A stretch of DNA of 64,000 nt from Candidatus Latescibacterota bacterium (GCA_964291625.2 OZ220089.1:3200001-3264000); one strand, 5' to 3'. Counted from the stretch's first letter, positions 1-10,591 are shown. Notes: generated by a model not told the origin, from the sequence alone. A program made the numbers and translations.

Positions 1-3000
1 CTCCGCGGCGAGGACGAGGTCGTCCTCCAGCCTCGTCGACGCGCGGACCCACTCGCACGGATGCGAGTGGCGGCGCAGGGTCCCGTCGGGGTCCAGGCCG
101 TAGAGATCGCCGAAGCCGCTGGCCGCCACCACGCCGCCGGGCAGGACCTCGAGGGCCATCACCTCTCCGACGATGTTCAACTGCCAGAGCTCGGCTCCGG
201 CCCGCGGCTCGACGGCGAAGAGCCAGCCGTCCTCGGTGCCGTAGACGATCTCGCGGACCCCGTCGCCGTCCAGGTCCGAGAGGCGCATCCGCGTCAGGTG
301 GATCCCGCGCCGGGGCGTGGTGGCGTTGCCCTCGGAGCCGACCTGCTCGAGGGTGGACCAGCGGAAGGCGCCGTCATAGTCGTGGACGGTGAGCGGCGTC
401 GAGTAGGTGGTCCCCACGATCACCTCGGCGCGGCCGTCGCCGTCGACGTCGTCCGCCTCGAGGGCGGTGATGACGTGGTAGCGGACCCAGCGGGCCCACT
501 TCGGCGAGCCCCCGGGGGTGAAGACGTTGACGAACCAGCCCGCCGTGCCGGCGAGGACGCTGGTCTCGCCCCCGCCTTCGAGATCCGCCACGGCCAGGGC
601 GGTCACCGGCGACACCGAGCCGTAGAGGTTCTTCAGCGGCCGCCGCCAGCGCTCCCGGCCGCTGCCGCCGTCGAGGACGATCAGCTCCGACGCGGCCGAG
701 CCGACCAGGGCCTCCGGGGCCCCGTCGGCGTCGATGTCCGCCCACAGCAGGGACGAGGCCGGGGAGTCCAGGCGCACCCGCCAGACCTCGTCGCCGCTGC
801 CGGCATCCAGCTTCACCACGTCGCCGCTGTCGCCGCCGGCGAGCAGATGGGGCGCTTCCCGGGAGACGGCCGCCGCCACGGGGCCGAGGGCGCCGGCTTC
901 GAGGCGGCGCTCCCAGCGGGGCGGGGCGACGCGGAACTCCCGGACGGGAGCCGGCGCTTCCGGGGGGTCAGCCGGCCGGGTCGAGGCCGCGGTGGCGGGA
1001 GTCGTCCCCGTCTCCACCACGGGACGGCCGTCCTCGAGAGTCACCGTGACCTGCTCGGCGCCGTCCCGGATGCGCAGCGCGCCGGGGTCCGGGGACTCGA
1101 CCTCGATCCCGTCGTGCGGGGTGAAGACGTGAAGGAAGAGGATCGAGTCCCCGGCCCGCAGCCGGCGGTGGACCTTCCGGTGCACCACGTGCAGGGGCCC
1201 GCGGTGATGGGGATAGCCGCCCCAGGGGCCGCCGGGGTCCTCCACGATCTCCGCCTCGGAGTCGTCGGCGCAGAGGAGGAACAACTCCTCGTCCCCCTGG
1301 CGCAGGCGCAGGCGCCCCGGGCCGCCGTCCACCTCCCCCACGACCCGCCACAGGCAGCGGCAGCGGTAGTCGCCCGGCTCCCGGCAGAGCAGCTCGTCCA
1401 CCACGGCGAGGCAGCGCCCCTTGCGCCAGACCAGGCTGCGCCGCCAGTCGAGGCCGTCGTACCCGGCGGCCTCGCTCTGCACGATCCCCAGGTCCCCCTC
1501 GTCGCGCTCGATGGTGAGGCGCGCCAGGGGCGGGATGACGACGCCGTCGCCGGGCGGGTCCAGGACGCCGGCGCCGTCCCGCAGGACGGTGACGCTGTTG
1601 TGGAACCGCGGCGCCGCGCGGATGTAGTCGCCGTCGGCGAGCCAGGCCCGGTTCCGCCAGGTCAGGCGCAGGATGGCGTTCGTGTCCTCGTGTCCGTGGC
1701 AGAAGGTGCCCACGCCTTCGAGGAGCGCGTACTCGTCGCCGGGCGCGAAGCCCGCACGGAGGCTGAGCTTGTCGAAGTAGCGTCCGCCCGGGTCGGGCCG
1801 GTATCCCTCGGGCACCGAAGCCTCCACCCAGCGCCGGGCGGACTCAGGCAGGTCCAGCGCCGTGACGCCGAGAAGCTCCTCCGGCAGCCGGGGCTCGACT
1901 CCTTCGAGGGTGAATCCCTCCTCCGTGGCCTCGACGCTGGCGCGCCAGCTCTCCATTCCGTGGTTCAGGTTCGGGCGCTTGCCCTCTCCGAGCCAGTTGA
2001 GCAGCCACAGGTGGCCGGGGTCCCGGGTGCGCCAGAGGGAGGCCAGCAGCGGCCACAGGTGAAGGCGCCAGCCGCCGCGCTCGAAGGCCGAGAAGCCGCT
2101 GCTGTCGCCGTACCCGACCTCGCTGCGCAGGTTGTCGGTGGTGACCGCCGCGAGCCGGCAGAGATCGGCCACGGGACCCCCGTCCACGAAGCGGTAGTCG
2201 CCGCGGGCGAGCAGGTAGTCGTTGGTGTGGCGCGGCGTCAGCCAGACGTAGCCGACGCCGGCGTCGTCGTTCGGCTTGTACCCGGAGGCCTGGCCCTCGA
2301 AGATGCGCTCCACCCGCCGGGCCGCGGCGGCAAACTCGGTGATGCCGTGGCGGCGGGAGAGGTAGTCGTGCCCCGCCGCCAGGTTGAGGCCGATGAAGGT
2401 CACGTGGTTCTGCCGGGGCAGGCCGTCGGGATTGACCTCCTCCCGCAGGTAGAACAGGCCGGCCAGGTGGCGCAGCAGCTCGACGAACATCTCCACCACC
2501 GCCTGCCGCTCGGCGGGCTGGTAGACCGGGTCGTCCTCGACCAGCTCCCACAGGTGGATGAGCTGGTCGAGGTGGAAGAAGTCGTGGTACTCCTCGGGAT
2601 GGCGGAGGCGCTGCTCGCGCCAGGGCTCCAGGGAGCCGCAGAAGACCGGCGCCGCCAGCCGGCCCCAGGTCTCGCGGCCGCTGAGGTAGTGGTTCCAGAG
2701 CCAGGACTGCAGGCGGCCGCCGCGGAAGGGCGAGGCCACCCAGCCGCCGTCCCAGAGGGCCAGGTCGCGTTGCACCAGCTCCTCGATCTCGGAGTCGGCC
2801 GGCGGCTCGGGGAGGCCCGGCAGCCGCCGCGCGGAGACGCGGCCCAGGCGGCCGCCGCTTGCCTCGACGAGGCGGGTCAGCTCCTCGACGGTCGCGGCCA
2901 ACCCGGCCTCGCCGCTGGCCCCGGCGACGACGGCGTTGCGGCCGTGGCCCAGGGGATCGCGGAGCGACGTCAGGAGATAGTTGTCGCCGCCGGGGAAGAG

Positions 3001-3234
3001 GGTGTCGGCGATGCAGCGCCGGGCGTTGTAGAGCCGCGTCACGGCGGCGTTGTCCGCCATGTGTCCGCAGGCGATGACGTGGTGGTCGCGGAAGAGGGCC
3101 TCGTCGAACCCGCCGTGGGGGAGCAGAGGGGCGCCGCAGGCGTCGGCCAGCCGTTGGCCTTCGGGCGTCTCCTCCAGACCGTCGGGCACGACGACGACGG
3201 CGGGATCGCTCAGATCGATGAGGTGGTCGGCCAT
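1..3234 (-). CDS. Large heparinase II/III-like protein with C-terminal PQQ/FG-GAP-type beta-propeller (3' end runs off window)
   Basis: Not in the ORF track. Read by hand from ATG at 3234 (MADHLIDLSDPAVVVVPDG...), open to position 1. Contains CHGHEDTNAI...WLADGDY...FHNSVTV (heparinase II/III-like) and ADIDADGAPE, DDVDGDGRAE, DLDGDGVRE repeats. ORF 61..3276(+) is its antisense shadow. Confidence 0.7.
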   Translation of the reverse strand, partial: MADHLIDLSDPAVVVVPDGLEETPEGQRLADACGAPLLPHGGFDEALFRDHHVIACGHMADNAAVTRLYNARRCIADTLFPGGDNYLLTSLRDPLGHGRNAVVAGASGEAGLAATVEELTRLVEASGGRLGRVSARRLPGLPEPPADSEIEELVQRDLALWDGGWVASPFRGGRLQSWLWNHYLSGRETWGRLAAPVFCGSLEPWREQRLRHPEEYHDFFHLDQLIHLWELVEDDPVYQPAERQAVVEMFVELLRHLAGLFYLREEVNPDGLPRQNHVTFIGLNLAAGHDYLSRRHGITEFAAAARRVERIFEGQASGYKPNDDAGVGYVWLTPRHTNDYLLARGDYRFVDGGPVADLCRLAAVTTDNLRSEVGYGDSSGFSAFERGGWRLHLWPLLASLWRTRDPGHLWLLNWLGEGKRPNLNHGMESWRASVEATEEGFTLEGVEPRLPEELLGVTALDLPESARRWVEASVPEGYRPDPGGRYFDKLSLRAGFAPGDEYALLEGVGTFCHGHEDTNAILRLTWRNRAWLADGDYIRAAPRFHNSVTVLRDGAGVLDPPGDGVVIPPLARLTIERDEGDLGIVQSEAAGYDGLDWRRSLVWRKGRCLAVVDELLCREPGDYRCRCLWRVVGEVDGGPGRLRLRQGDEELFLLCADDSEAEIVEDPGGPWGGYPHHRGPLHVVHRKVHRRLRAGDSILFLHVFTPHDGIEVESPDPGALRIRDGAEQVTVTLEDGRPVVETGTTPATAASTRPADPPEAPAPVREFRVAPPRWERRLEAGALGPVAAAVSREAPHLLAGGDSGDVVKLDAGSGDEVWRVRLDSPASSLLWADIDADGAPEALVGSAASELIVLDGGSGRERWRRPLKNLYGSVSPVTALAVADLEGGGETSVLAGTAGWFVNVFTPGGSPKWARWVRYHVITALEADDVDGDGRAEVIVGTTYSTPLTVHDYDGAFRWSTLEQVGSEGNATTPRRGIHLTRMRLSDLDGDGVREIVYGTEDGWLFAVEPRAGAELWQLNIVGEVMALEVLPGGVVAASGFGDLYGLDPDGTLRRHSHPCEWVRASTRLEDDLVLAAE

Positions 3235-3238
3235 GGCT

Positions 3239-4195
3239 TCATCCCACCTTCGGCAGAGCTTCTTTCAGGGCCCTGATGCCTTCCTCGGTGGTGCCATCGG
3301 CCGTCACGTCGATCCACGTGAGCTGCTCCAGCCGCCGCAGCAGGGTCAGCCCCGCGTCGGTGATCGACGTGTGTCCCAGGTCGAGGCCGGTGAGCGTCGG
3401 CGTCTGCTCCCACAGGGGGACGAGCTCCTCCAGGGCCCGGTTGTCGATGTTGCGGTTTCCCCAGATGACGATCGTCACCAGCGGCAGGCCGTGCAGGTGG
3501 GCCACGCCTCGCCAGGTCACGCCCGGCGGGATGAACATGTTGGTCAGGCGCGCGCACCCGGCCATGTGGGCCATGCCGCCGTCGGTGATGTGATCGCCCT
3601 GGAGACGGATCTGCAACAGCGACTCCCAACCCCCGAAGACCTCCATGCTGGCGTCGGTCAGCAGGGGCGAGGGGCAGAAGAAGGTCTCGAGCTTCTCCAG
3701 GCTCGCCAGATGGGAGATGCCCTCGTCGGTGATCGCGTCGATGCGGTGCAGGTCGAGATGGCGCAGCTCCGACATCTGCCCGAGCCACCGCAGGCCCTCG
3801 TCGCCGAGGGCCACACCGATGAGGCTGACCCAGCCAAGGCCCTGCAGCCTCGACAGGCGGCGGCAGTCCTCGTCGGTCCAGACGACGGAGTTGCGGTAGC
3901 GGTCGGTGGCGACCTGCTGAAGGTCGTCCGGCTCCAGGAGGCCGAGTCCCTCGCCGAGCCCTTCGACACCCTCGGCGAGGGCGAGGCGCACCTCCTTGCC
4001 AGCGGGAATGGCGACCGCCCCCCAGGCCTCGGCCAGACGCTCGAAGCCGAGGTCGGACCAGCGGCCGTAGAAACCGCCGGTCACGGGGGTGCCCCAGTCG
4101 CGCACGACGATCTCGCCGTACGAGCGGTCCTCCGGGAAGCGGATCACCCTCGCTCCCGGGGCGGGGGGCTGCGTGGGGGTGTAGGGGGTGTGCAC
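3239..4195 (-). CDS. Leucine-rich repeat protein (RNI-like)
   Basis: Repeats LRHLDLHRIDAITDEGISHLASL, LTGLDLGHTSITDAGLTLLRRL; stop abuts the start of the next gene. Confidence 0.8.
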   Translation of the reverse strand: MHTPYTPTQPPAPGARVIRFPEDRSYGEIVVRDWGTPVTGGFYGRWSDLGFERLAEAWGAVAIPAGKEVRLALAEGVEGLGEGLGLLEPDDLQQVATDRYRNSVVWTDEDCRRLSRLQGLGWVSLIGVALGDEGLRWLGQMSELRHLDLHRIDAITDEGISHLASLEKLETFFCPSPLLTDASMEVFGGWESLLQIRLQGDHITDGGMAHMAGCARLTNMFIPPGVTWRGVAHLHGLPLVTIVIWGNRNIDNRALEELVPLWEQTPTLTGLDLGHTSITDAGLTLLRRLEQLTWIDVTADGTTEEGIRALKEALPKVG

Positions 4196-4407
4196 GGGGA
4201 GTCCTTTCTGGGCGCCGATGGCCCTGGTGCGTCAGCAGGCCGCTGCGCGTAACCGGATGGGGGGGCATGAAGCTCAGGCCTGGATCAGAGGCGATCAAGC
4301 AGGGGGCCGGGTGGTAGATCCGGCACTCCTGGCGGAAGCCTGGCCATCGGGCGGTCTCCCGTTCCCGGCTATATTGAGGACACTCTCGGCACCAGGGAGC
4401 AACACGC

Positions 4408-4941
4408 GTGGCACGGGAAGAGCACGTCTCCCTCATCAAGAGCGGCACGGAGACCTGGAACCAATGGCGGCGGGACAGTCCCGGGGTGCGGCCCGACCTG
4501 TACTCGGCCGACCTCAGAGGCCTCGACGGCACCGGCATGGACCTGTCGGGAGCCTGTCTCTCGGTGGCCATCCTCGACAGCGCCGACTTCACCGGGGCGA
4601 GTCTGCGGCAGGCCGACATCAGCAGCGCCAACCTGACGGAGGCCGTCCTGGCTCGCGCCGATCTGCACGGCGCCGACGGCCGCGGCACCAATCTCAGCCG
4701 GGCCGATCTGAGGGGGGCCGACCTGGGGGGCGTGGACCTGCGTAGCGCTCTACTGGTAGGCGCCGACCTCGACGAGGCGGATCTGTCCGGCGCCAATCTG
4801 AGCAGCACCCTCCTGCAGAAGGCGCGGCACCTGGAGATCGCCCAGCTCGCCGGCGCCCGCACCCTTTGGCTGGCCGAGCTGGGCGAGCGTCTGGATCTGG
4901 CGCGGCAACACTGTCCTCACCTGCTGGAGCGCCCGGCCTGA
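4408..4941 (+). CDS. Pentapeptide repeat protein
   Basis: WNQWR...PDL N-terminus followed by A(D/N)LxG pentapeptide repeats; GGAG RBS upstream. Confidence 0.9.
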   Translation: MAREEHVSLIKSGTETWNQWRRDSPGVRPDLYSADLRGLDGTGMDLSGACLSVAILDSADFTGASLRQADISSANLTEAVLARADLHGADGRGTNLSRADLRGADLGGVDLRSALLVGADLDEADLSGANLSSTLLQKARHLEIAQLAGARTLWLAELGERLDLARQHCPHLLERPA

Positions 4942-4955
4942 TTCCGAAGGGGCCC

Positions 4956-6414
4956 TCACTCGAGCCAGAAGGCGTATAGCCGGGCCTTGCGCAGGTGGAA
5001 GCGCAGGCGCACGGGTACTTCGGCAGATCCAGCCGCCGTCTCCTGCCCCCACGTGACGGCTTCGCGCAGGTGATCTCCTCGCAGGGGCCGGCACTCGGCG
5101 GCCGACCGGCCGGGCCGGGGGGCATGGCCCTCGGCGTCCACCATTTCCACGAGTATCTCGCCTTCGCCGGTATCGGCGTTCACGTACAGTCTGTCGCCGC
5201 TCCACAGGAAAGGCGCGGTGAGCAGCTCTCCCTCCGTAGAGGCGTCGAGGGAGACGAAGCCGTCCAGCCGCAGTCGGGCCAGACAGATGGCCGCGCTTTC
5301 CTCCCAGAAGGCATCGTTGTAGATGGCGGGATCGAGGCCGGCGAACAGGTTCCGGTGTCCGCGAAAGCGGTAGGCGTTGTAGTAGATCCAGATCTCCTGC
5401 CCGCGCACGATGGGGGGGCCGCACAGAGCTACCTGGGCATTGCCGAAGTTGGCGCCGCCCTCCCAGGGTTCCACGCCGACGAAGACGGCGCGGTCGGCCA
5501 CCCGGTGCCAGTGGCGGGCGTCCCTCGACACGGCCAGTTCCACCTGGTTGAGGCCGGTGTGGTTGGTCTGCTCCGGATCGGTGCCGGAGGGATTGAAGAG
5601 CAGGGGGAAGCCGATGTACAGACCCTCGTAGGTCATGACCGGCAGCATGTAGAGCTGGGCGAGGTACTCCCGGCCGTCGACGACCGGAGGAGAGAGGTAG
5701 GCCGGATCGTCCACGACCTCCTGGATCCGGCGCGCCACGGTTCTCCTGGTCGATCTCGTCGGTGTGGAGGATGAGCACCGGGTCGGTCCAGTGGACGAAG
5801 TCGGGGCTGGTCGCCAGCCAGGCCGAGCGGCCCCACTCGGTGCGGTGCTTCACCGTGGCCAGGTAGCCCTGGCCCAGGTCGTCGCGGATGAGCTGGGAGG
5901 TATCCTGACTGGGGATGGGGGGGACATCGGGAAAGGTCCACTGAAGACCGTCGGGTGACACTCCGGGACAACGGTTCATGTGGTCGGTGTCGCTGAAGAA
6001 GGCCTTGTAGCGGCGCCGGGGATCGTCGTCGCCCTCGTCGCGGATGACGTGATACAGGGAGCGCTCCGGCGACCGGTAGGCGATGTTGTTGGCCGTGGAG
6101 CCGTCCCACTCGTACAGCCCGAGGCCGGGCTGTTCCCAGTGCCGGCCGTCCGCCGAGGCGGCGTAGAGGCAGAGGGCGTCCTCGGCGTAGGCGGGATAGC
6201 CCCTGTACCACCACTCCCAAATGGACTCTTCCGGATTCCACTGGGGCACGCTGGCGCTCTGCACGTGCTTCTCTCCCCGGGAGCGGTCCGCTCGCAGGAC
6301 GGGCCCGCAGCGCTCGGGCCGGTGCAGCACCCGGTGAAGGCCGGACATCGCCTCGACGGCGCCGTCGTCCAGGAAGAGCTGCTTGTGCCGGTGGGGATGA
6401 ATGAGGTCAGGCAT
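4956..6414 (-). pseudogene. Five-bladed beta-propeller glycoside hydrolase-like protein (GH32/43 clan-like), frameshifted near 5740
   Basis: N-half (KQLFLDD...ASADGRHW...SPDGLQW...SPDFVHWT) is in ORF 4750..6414. C-half (LAVSRDARHWHR...LARLRLDGFVSL...ARLYAFW) is in ORF 4956..5738. Frames switch at ...gagaaccgtggcgcgccggatc; may be a sequencing error. Confidence 0.7.
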
Positions 6415-7174
6415 GCGCCGTCACGACTGGCTGGAAATAGCCGGAAGTCTCAGGCGAATGCCAGGAGACTCCGCGGAATCCGGTGGCTTCCAGGGCCAGG
6501 GCGAGCTCCTGCCGCCGAAGCGCCCGGTACCGGGTCCTGTGCTCCCTCACCTGCCATCCTCCCGGCGTCTGCCGCATGAGGAACAGGCGAACCGAGTAGA
6601 CGTCGGATCCCTGGGCCCAGTCCCACAACTGAAACGTGATCACCTCCCGCGAAGGGGAGTGGAGTCTGGGGGGACCACTGGTCGATGGCCGGTCCGCGAG
6701 CAGCTTGTCGTAATCGCGAATGCTCGCAACGAAGAGCCCATCAGCGGTCAGTCTCCGCCGGATGCTCCGGAGGGCGAGAGTCAGGTCTTCCTCGGTCAAC
6801 AGGTGCGGCAGGGAGTTGTCGCAGCTGATTACCGTATCGAAGGTCTGGCTGAATGTGTGCTCCAGCGTCCGCACATCGGCCTGCGCAAAGGGTATCTCCA
6901 GTCCTCGGGTGGCCGCTTCCGACCTCGCCCTGGCAATCGCCTTCGGACTGAGGTCGGAGGCGAAGACCTCGTATCCCCGCTGCGCCAGGCCGATGGCCTG
7001 TGTGCCGATTCCACATGAGCAGTCGAGGAGACGAGAGGTATCGGCTGACGACTCGTGTTGGATCAACTCATCCAGTGCCGCGGACTGCCGCTGGATCGCC
7101 GATTCCCAGCTCTCGTAGATGAGGTGGTACCCGTCAGCCAGGTCGTCGTAGAAGCTCCTGACGGCTTCACTCAA
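6407..7174 (-). CDS. Class I SAM-dependent methyltransferase (glycine/sarcosine N-methyltransferase-like)
   Basis: LLDCSCGIGTQ motif I, ISCDNSLPHL; lower GC than neighbours. Confidence 0.85.
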   Translation of the reverse strand: MSEAVRSFYDDLADGYHLIYESWESAIQRQSAALDELIQHESSADTSRLLDCSCGIGTQAIGLAQRGYEVFASDLSPKAIARARSEAATRGLEIPFAQADVRTLEHTFSQTFDTVISCDNSLPHLLTEEDLTLALRSIRRRLTADGLFVASIRDYDKLLADRPSTSGPPRLHSPSREVITFQLWDWAQGSDVYSVRLFLMRQTPGGWQVREHRTRYRALRRQELALALEATGFRGVSWHSPETSGYFQPVVTAHA

Positions 7175-7195
7175 GGCCGGTGAATCCCCTCGGAC

Positions 7196-9655
7196 CTACA
7201 GCCCCAACCACCAGTTGCCCTTGACCAGCAGGATGCTCTGCCCCGGGTCGAGGAAGGTGCTGCCCAGGTCGTCCCCGGGTCGGAACCGGGGGTCGAGAGC
7301 ATCGAAGCCGCGACCGCGGCTCTGCTGCCAGACGAGGAAGAGGGTGCTGCCGGGCCGGAACTCCCAGCGCAGCACCAGGTTGGAGTGCAGGGAGCGGAAG
7401 TGGAAGTCGGGGTTCCCGTCGAACCCGTCGTACGGGAGGAACTCGTAGGACCGGGGGCGGGCCAGCTCCTTGATGGCGCCGTAGTCGCCGGTGGTCACGA
7501 AGGGCTGGGCATAGAGCTGCAGGCTCAGGGTGGGCGTGAAGGTCCAGTCGCCGCGTACGCTGATGTCCAGGACGCGGCTCTCGAGCTCTCCGAAGATGAA
7601 GCGGTCGTCGTCGCCGTCGCCGTCGTCGTCCCTGTTCCGCAGCCACTGGGCGAAGTTGCGCTGGAAGTTGTAGCTCGGGCCGATCTCCAGGCTGAGCTGG
7701 GACATGGGCTGGAACTCGAGACGGGCCCAGACCCCGGATTGCAGGTTGTCCCCGGACCGGCTCTCGAAGAAGCTCCAGCCGAACCGGCCGGTGACGGGCT
7801 TCCGGTCATCGCTCCACACGCTCAGGTTGATCCGGGTGTCGGACGGTGCGACCATGATCGGTCCGCCGCGGGTGACCACCTCGTCGAAGCCCTCGAGGTT
7901 GCGGATCCCCTGGGCCCAGAAACCCCAGTAGTTGTGGAGGTAGTGCCAGGTGTTGAAGGCCATCCCCCGGTACAGCCGCTGGCGGGCGTAGTTCCAGCGG
8001 GTGAAGAGGTCGAGCTCAAACCCGGAGCGGCGCGCCAGCCAGTACGGGTGGAGCTTCTCGTGATACAGGCCCAGTCCCGCCTGGATGCGGTTGCGGGGCT
8101 TCATCCACCCCAGGTCGTTGACCTGGAAGGCGGGGGACCGCGCGTCGACATGGACCTGGCCGCCGAAGGCACCGCCGGACTTCCCGAGGTTGACGAGGCC
8201 CTCCCAGCCGGTGCCGCGATCCTCCTCCTGTCCGGTGCGGCTCACGGCAAGCCGGGTGTAGAGCCGGTAGGCGTTGTCCCGCCACTTGAGGTGCAGGTCG
8301 CCGGCCCCGACGTAGGCCGGGTCGAAGCCGCGGCCGTTGACCGCCGTGACCTCGGCGCCGGCGGTGGAGTTGGTCAGCAGGTCCTGCTGCACGCGGCCGA
8401 CCAGGTAGTTGGTGACCGGCTCCACCTCGACGCGGCGGCGCAGCGTGTCGGCCTGCTCGACGAGCACCTCCTCGCGGCCGGTGACGGCGTTGAGGAGACC
8501 GAAGGCCGTGCGTCCCCCGGTCTTTCCCGAGAGCTTGAGGGCCCCGAGGATCGTGGTGTGGTCGGGACGCTCCAGTTCCCTGCTGTCGGCGGGAAGGGGG
8601 AACCGCGAGGGCGGCCGGCCGATGCGCCGCGAGTGGAACAGGCGCGCCTGCCCGGTAACGCCCGTGATCCCCGGGCGGGGGGACTGGAAGATCTGGATGC
8701 CCTCCAGGAAGAAGGGCCGGCGCTCGCGGTGACGGGTCTCGAAGACGGTCAGGTTGAGCACCGCCGGATCGCCCTCGACCTGGCCGAAGTCCGGGTTGAC
8801 GGTGGCATTGAGGGAGATGTTGGAGGACAGGCCGTAGCGCAGGTCGACGCCGGCCGAGGAGGCCAGATCGTGGTCGCCGCCGCCGTCTCCCACGGGCCGG
8901 ATGCTGCGGCCCACGGTGAAGGGGAGGATCTCGAGACTTCGCCGCGGCTCGATCCCCTCGATCCCCTCGAGGTGGCCGAAGCGCGAGGCGTAGCCGGTGA
9001 CGCCCCGGGGCACGTAGCTCCATGCCACCTTCTCGGCCCGGCGGCTGATCTTGCGAAAGACGTTGATCCCCCACGTCGTGCTCTCGCCGAAGCGCAGGGC
9101 GTGGTAGGGGATCTTCAACTCCACGCTCCAGCCGTCCGGGCGCATCGCCGTGGCCGCCTCGGCCACGCTGTCCCAGCCGTCGTCGTAGTCGTCGTCGTTG
9201 TAGATGATCGCGTCCCCGATCCAGCCCGAGGGGCCGACGGTGAAGAAGGCGCCCGTCTGGTGGTCGTGGTGGGGGTCGAGGTCGATCTCGAGGAAGTCGC
9301 GCTCGCGCCACTCGTCACGTCTCGCCAGGGCCACGGTGACGCTGTCGGGATCGTCGTAGCAGACGGCGGCGACGTAGAGGGCGTCGTCGTCGTAGGCCAC
9401 CTGGAAGGTGGTGCGAAGGGACGCCGGCTCGCCGTCGTTCGGGTCGCGCTGGGTGAAGCCCTCGTTCAGGGGGGCGAGCTTCCAGATCTCGTCGTCGACG
9501 ACGCCGTCCAGGCGGGGCGGTACCTCCGTGCGCACCGCGACCGCGGTCCTCTGCGGGTGCGCCATCCACTGCTGCATCCTGGCGTCACCGGCCTCATCGG
9601 CCGCCGCCTCGTGGAGGAGAACACCGAGGACCAGCGACGCGGCAGATCGATGCAT
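7196..9655 (-). CDS. CBM9-like + DUF5916 outer-membrane protein
   Basis: Signal peptide; PRLDGVVDDEIW, YDDDALYVA, GWSVELKIPY, NATVNPDFGQVE, ERRPFFLEG, NLVLRWEFRPGSTLFLVW. Confidence 0.85.
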   Translation of the reverse strand: MHRSAASLVLGVLLHEAAADEAGDARMQQWMAHPQRTAVAVRTEVPPRLDGVVDDEIWKLAPLNEGFTQRDPNDGEPASLRTTFQVAYDDDALYVAAVCYDDPDSVTVALARRDEWRERDFLEIDLDPHHDHQTGAFFTVGPSGWIGDAIIYNDDDYDDGWDSVAEAATAMRPDGWSVELKIPYHALRFGESTTWGINVFRKISRRAEKVAWSYVPRGVTGYASRFGHLEGIEGIEPRRSLEILPFTVGRSIRPVGDGGGDHDLASSAGVDLRYGLSSNISLNATVNPDFGQVEGDPAVLNLTVFETRHRERRPFFLEGIQIFQSPRPGITGVTGQARLFHSRRIGRPPSRFPLPADSRELERPDHTTILGALKLSGKTGGRTAFGLLNAVTGREEVLVEQADTLRRRVEVEPVTNYLVGRVQQDLLTNSTAGAEVTAVNGRGFDPAYVGAGDLHLKWRDNAYRLYTRLAVSRTGQEEDRGTGWEGLVNLGKSGGAFGGQVHVDARSPAFQVNDLGWMKPRNRIQAGLGLYHEKLHPYWLARRSGFELDLFTRWNYARQRLYRGMAFNTWHYLHNYWGFWAQGIRNLEGFDEVVTRGGPIMVAPSDTRINLSVWSDDRKPVTGRFGWSFFESRSGDNLQSGVWARLEFQPMSQLSLEIGPSYNFQRNFAQWLRNRDDDGDGDDDRFIFGELESRVLDISVRGDWTFTPTLSLQLYAQPFVTTGDYGAIKELARPRSYEFLPYDGFDGNPDFHFRSLHSNLVLRWEFRPGSTLFLVWQQSRGRGFDALDPRFRPGDDLGSTFLDPGQSILLVKGNWWLGL

Positions 9656-9751
9656 GGTGGTCCTCCTGTGGAATCAGGATCGAGGCTTGCTCAGTACAGC
9701 ACGGGTCGCTCTACACAATGTCAAGGAAAAAGGCGGGGGCGGCCCAGCTGA

Positions 9752-10263
9752 CTACGGGGCCCCGGACTTCCCCGTACCCTGCACGGCAAGGTGCTGGAAC
9801 GACGCCCGGGGAGTGACATGCTCCAGACACGAAAAGGGCACGTCATTCAAGCGAAACGACACATCGAACGGCGACATGAGACCTTCGATCAAGTGAAACT
9901 GAGATTGGTAAACGAGATCGTTCATTGAACCGATTACGGACCGGTTGAGTGCCTTGGAGAAGCTCGCTCGTTCGAGGCGGGGTACGATCAACCGCTCGAA
10001 GATGAATCCGTGGTCGTCTGCCCGAAGGAACTCACCCATGTAGCTCGTGATCCGATCCAGAAAGCGGCAGTCATCGGTCATGCCTCTGCCAAACATCACC
10101 ATGGAGTAGAGGGATGCCGTGTTGGTAATCAGGATGTATTGAGTTCGGTCTGCCCTGAACAAGTGGGCCGACCAGTCGACGAAAGGATTGGGATCAGCAG
10201 GAAGAACCCTGTCCGGGTCTGGTGGATCTTCTTGCCGAGCTTGGCTGATACTCGAACGATCAC
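9752..10263 (-). pseudogene. DUF6933-like protein, frameshifted in a C-run near 10215
   Basis: GTG at 10263 gives MIVRVSAKLGKKIHQT. Adding one C to cagacccggac restores PDRVLPADPNPFVDWSAHLFRADRTQYILITN...NRSVIGSMND. GGAGG RBS upstream. Confidence 0.6.
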
Positions 10264-10277
10264 CTGCCTCCTCGATC

Positions 10278-10365
10278 TCACACTCGAAGGAAGTCTTCTA
10301 CCATTACTCCCGCTTGCCATTCAGAATGGCAGATACGGTGCCCTCCGGCAAATCTGGCTGCCTCG
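10278..10365 (-). pseudogene. HicA-like toxin C-terminal remnant
   Basis: Reads DLPEGTVSAIL / (frameshift) / QAGVMVEDFLRV*, the typical HicA C-terminal pattern, directly after a HicB-like gene. Confidence 0.5.
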
Positions 10366-10375
10366 TGCGTGTCGG

Positions 10376-10591
10376 TCAAACGTGAATCCCATTGTGCAAG
10401 CCATCCGGCAGCGGGTCGCCATGCTCCCTGCAGGACTCGACCAGTTTCCTCGCCACATCTTGAGCGATTTCAACCGTTTCAGCCACTGTTCGTCCTTGGG
10501 CCACCAAGCGGGCAAAATCATCTGAAGTAGCCAGGTACTGACCGTTTTCTACTCGTCTGATCTGAAGGTGCAGCCGGTATTCCTCTGACAT
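10376..10591 (-). CDS. HicB-like antitoxin (possibly truncated)
   Basis: YLATSDDFARLVAQGRTVAETVEIAQDVARKLVESCREHGDPLP matches the HicB RNase H-like fold pattern. Confidence 0.75.
   Translation of the reverse strand: MSEEYRLHLQIRRVENGQYLATSDDFARLVAQGRTVAETVEIAQDVARKLVESCREHGDPLPDGLHNGIHV

Noticed and set aside
61-3276. 1071-aa plus-strand ORF, and similar long ORFs such as 7385..9751+, 31907..34627-, 40762..43176-, 52065..54866-, 55122..58178-
   Set aside because: Antisense shadows of real genes, expected at high GC3; no motifs.
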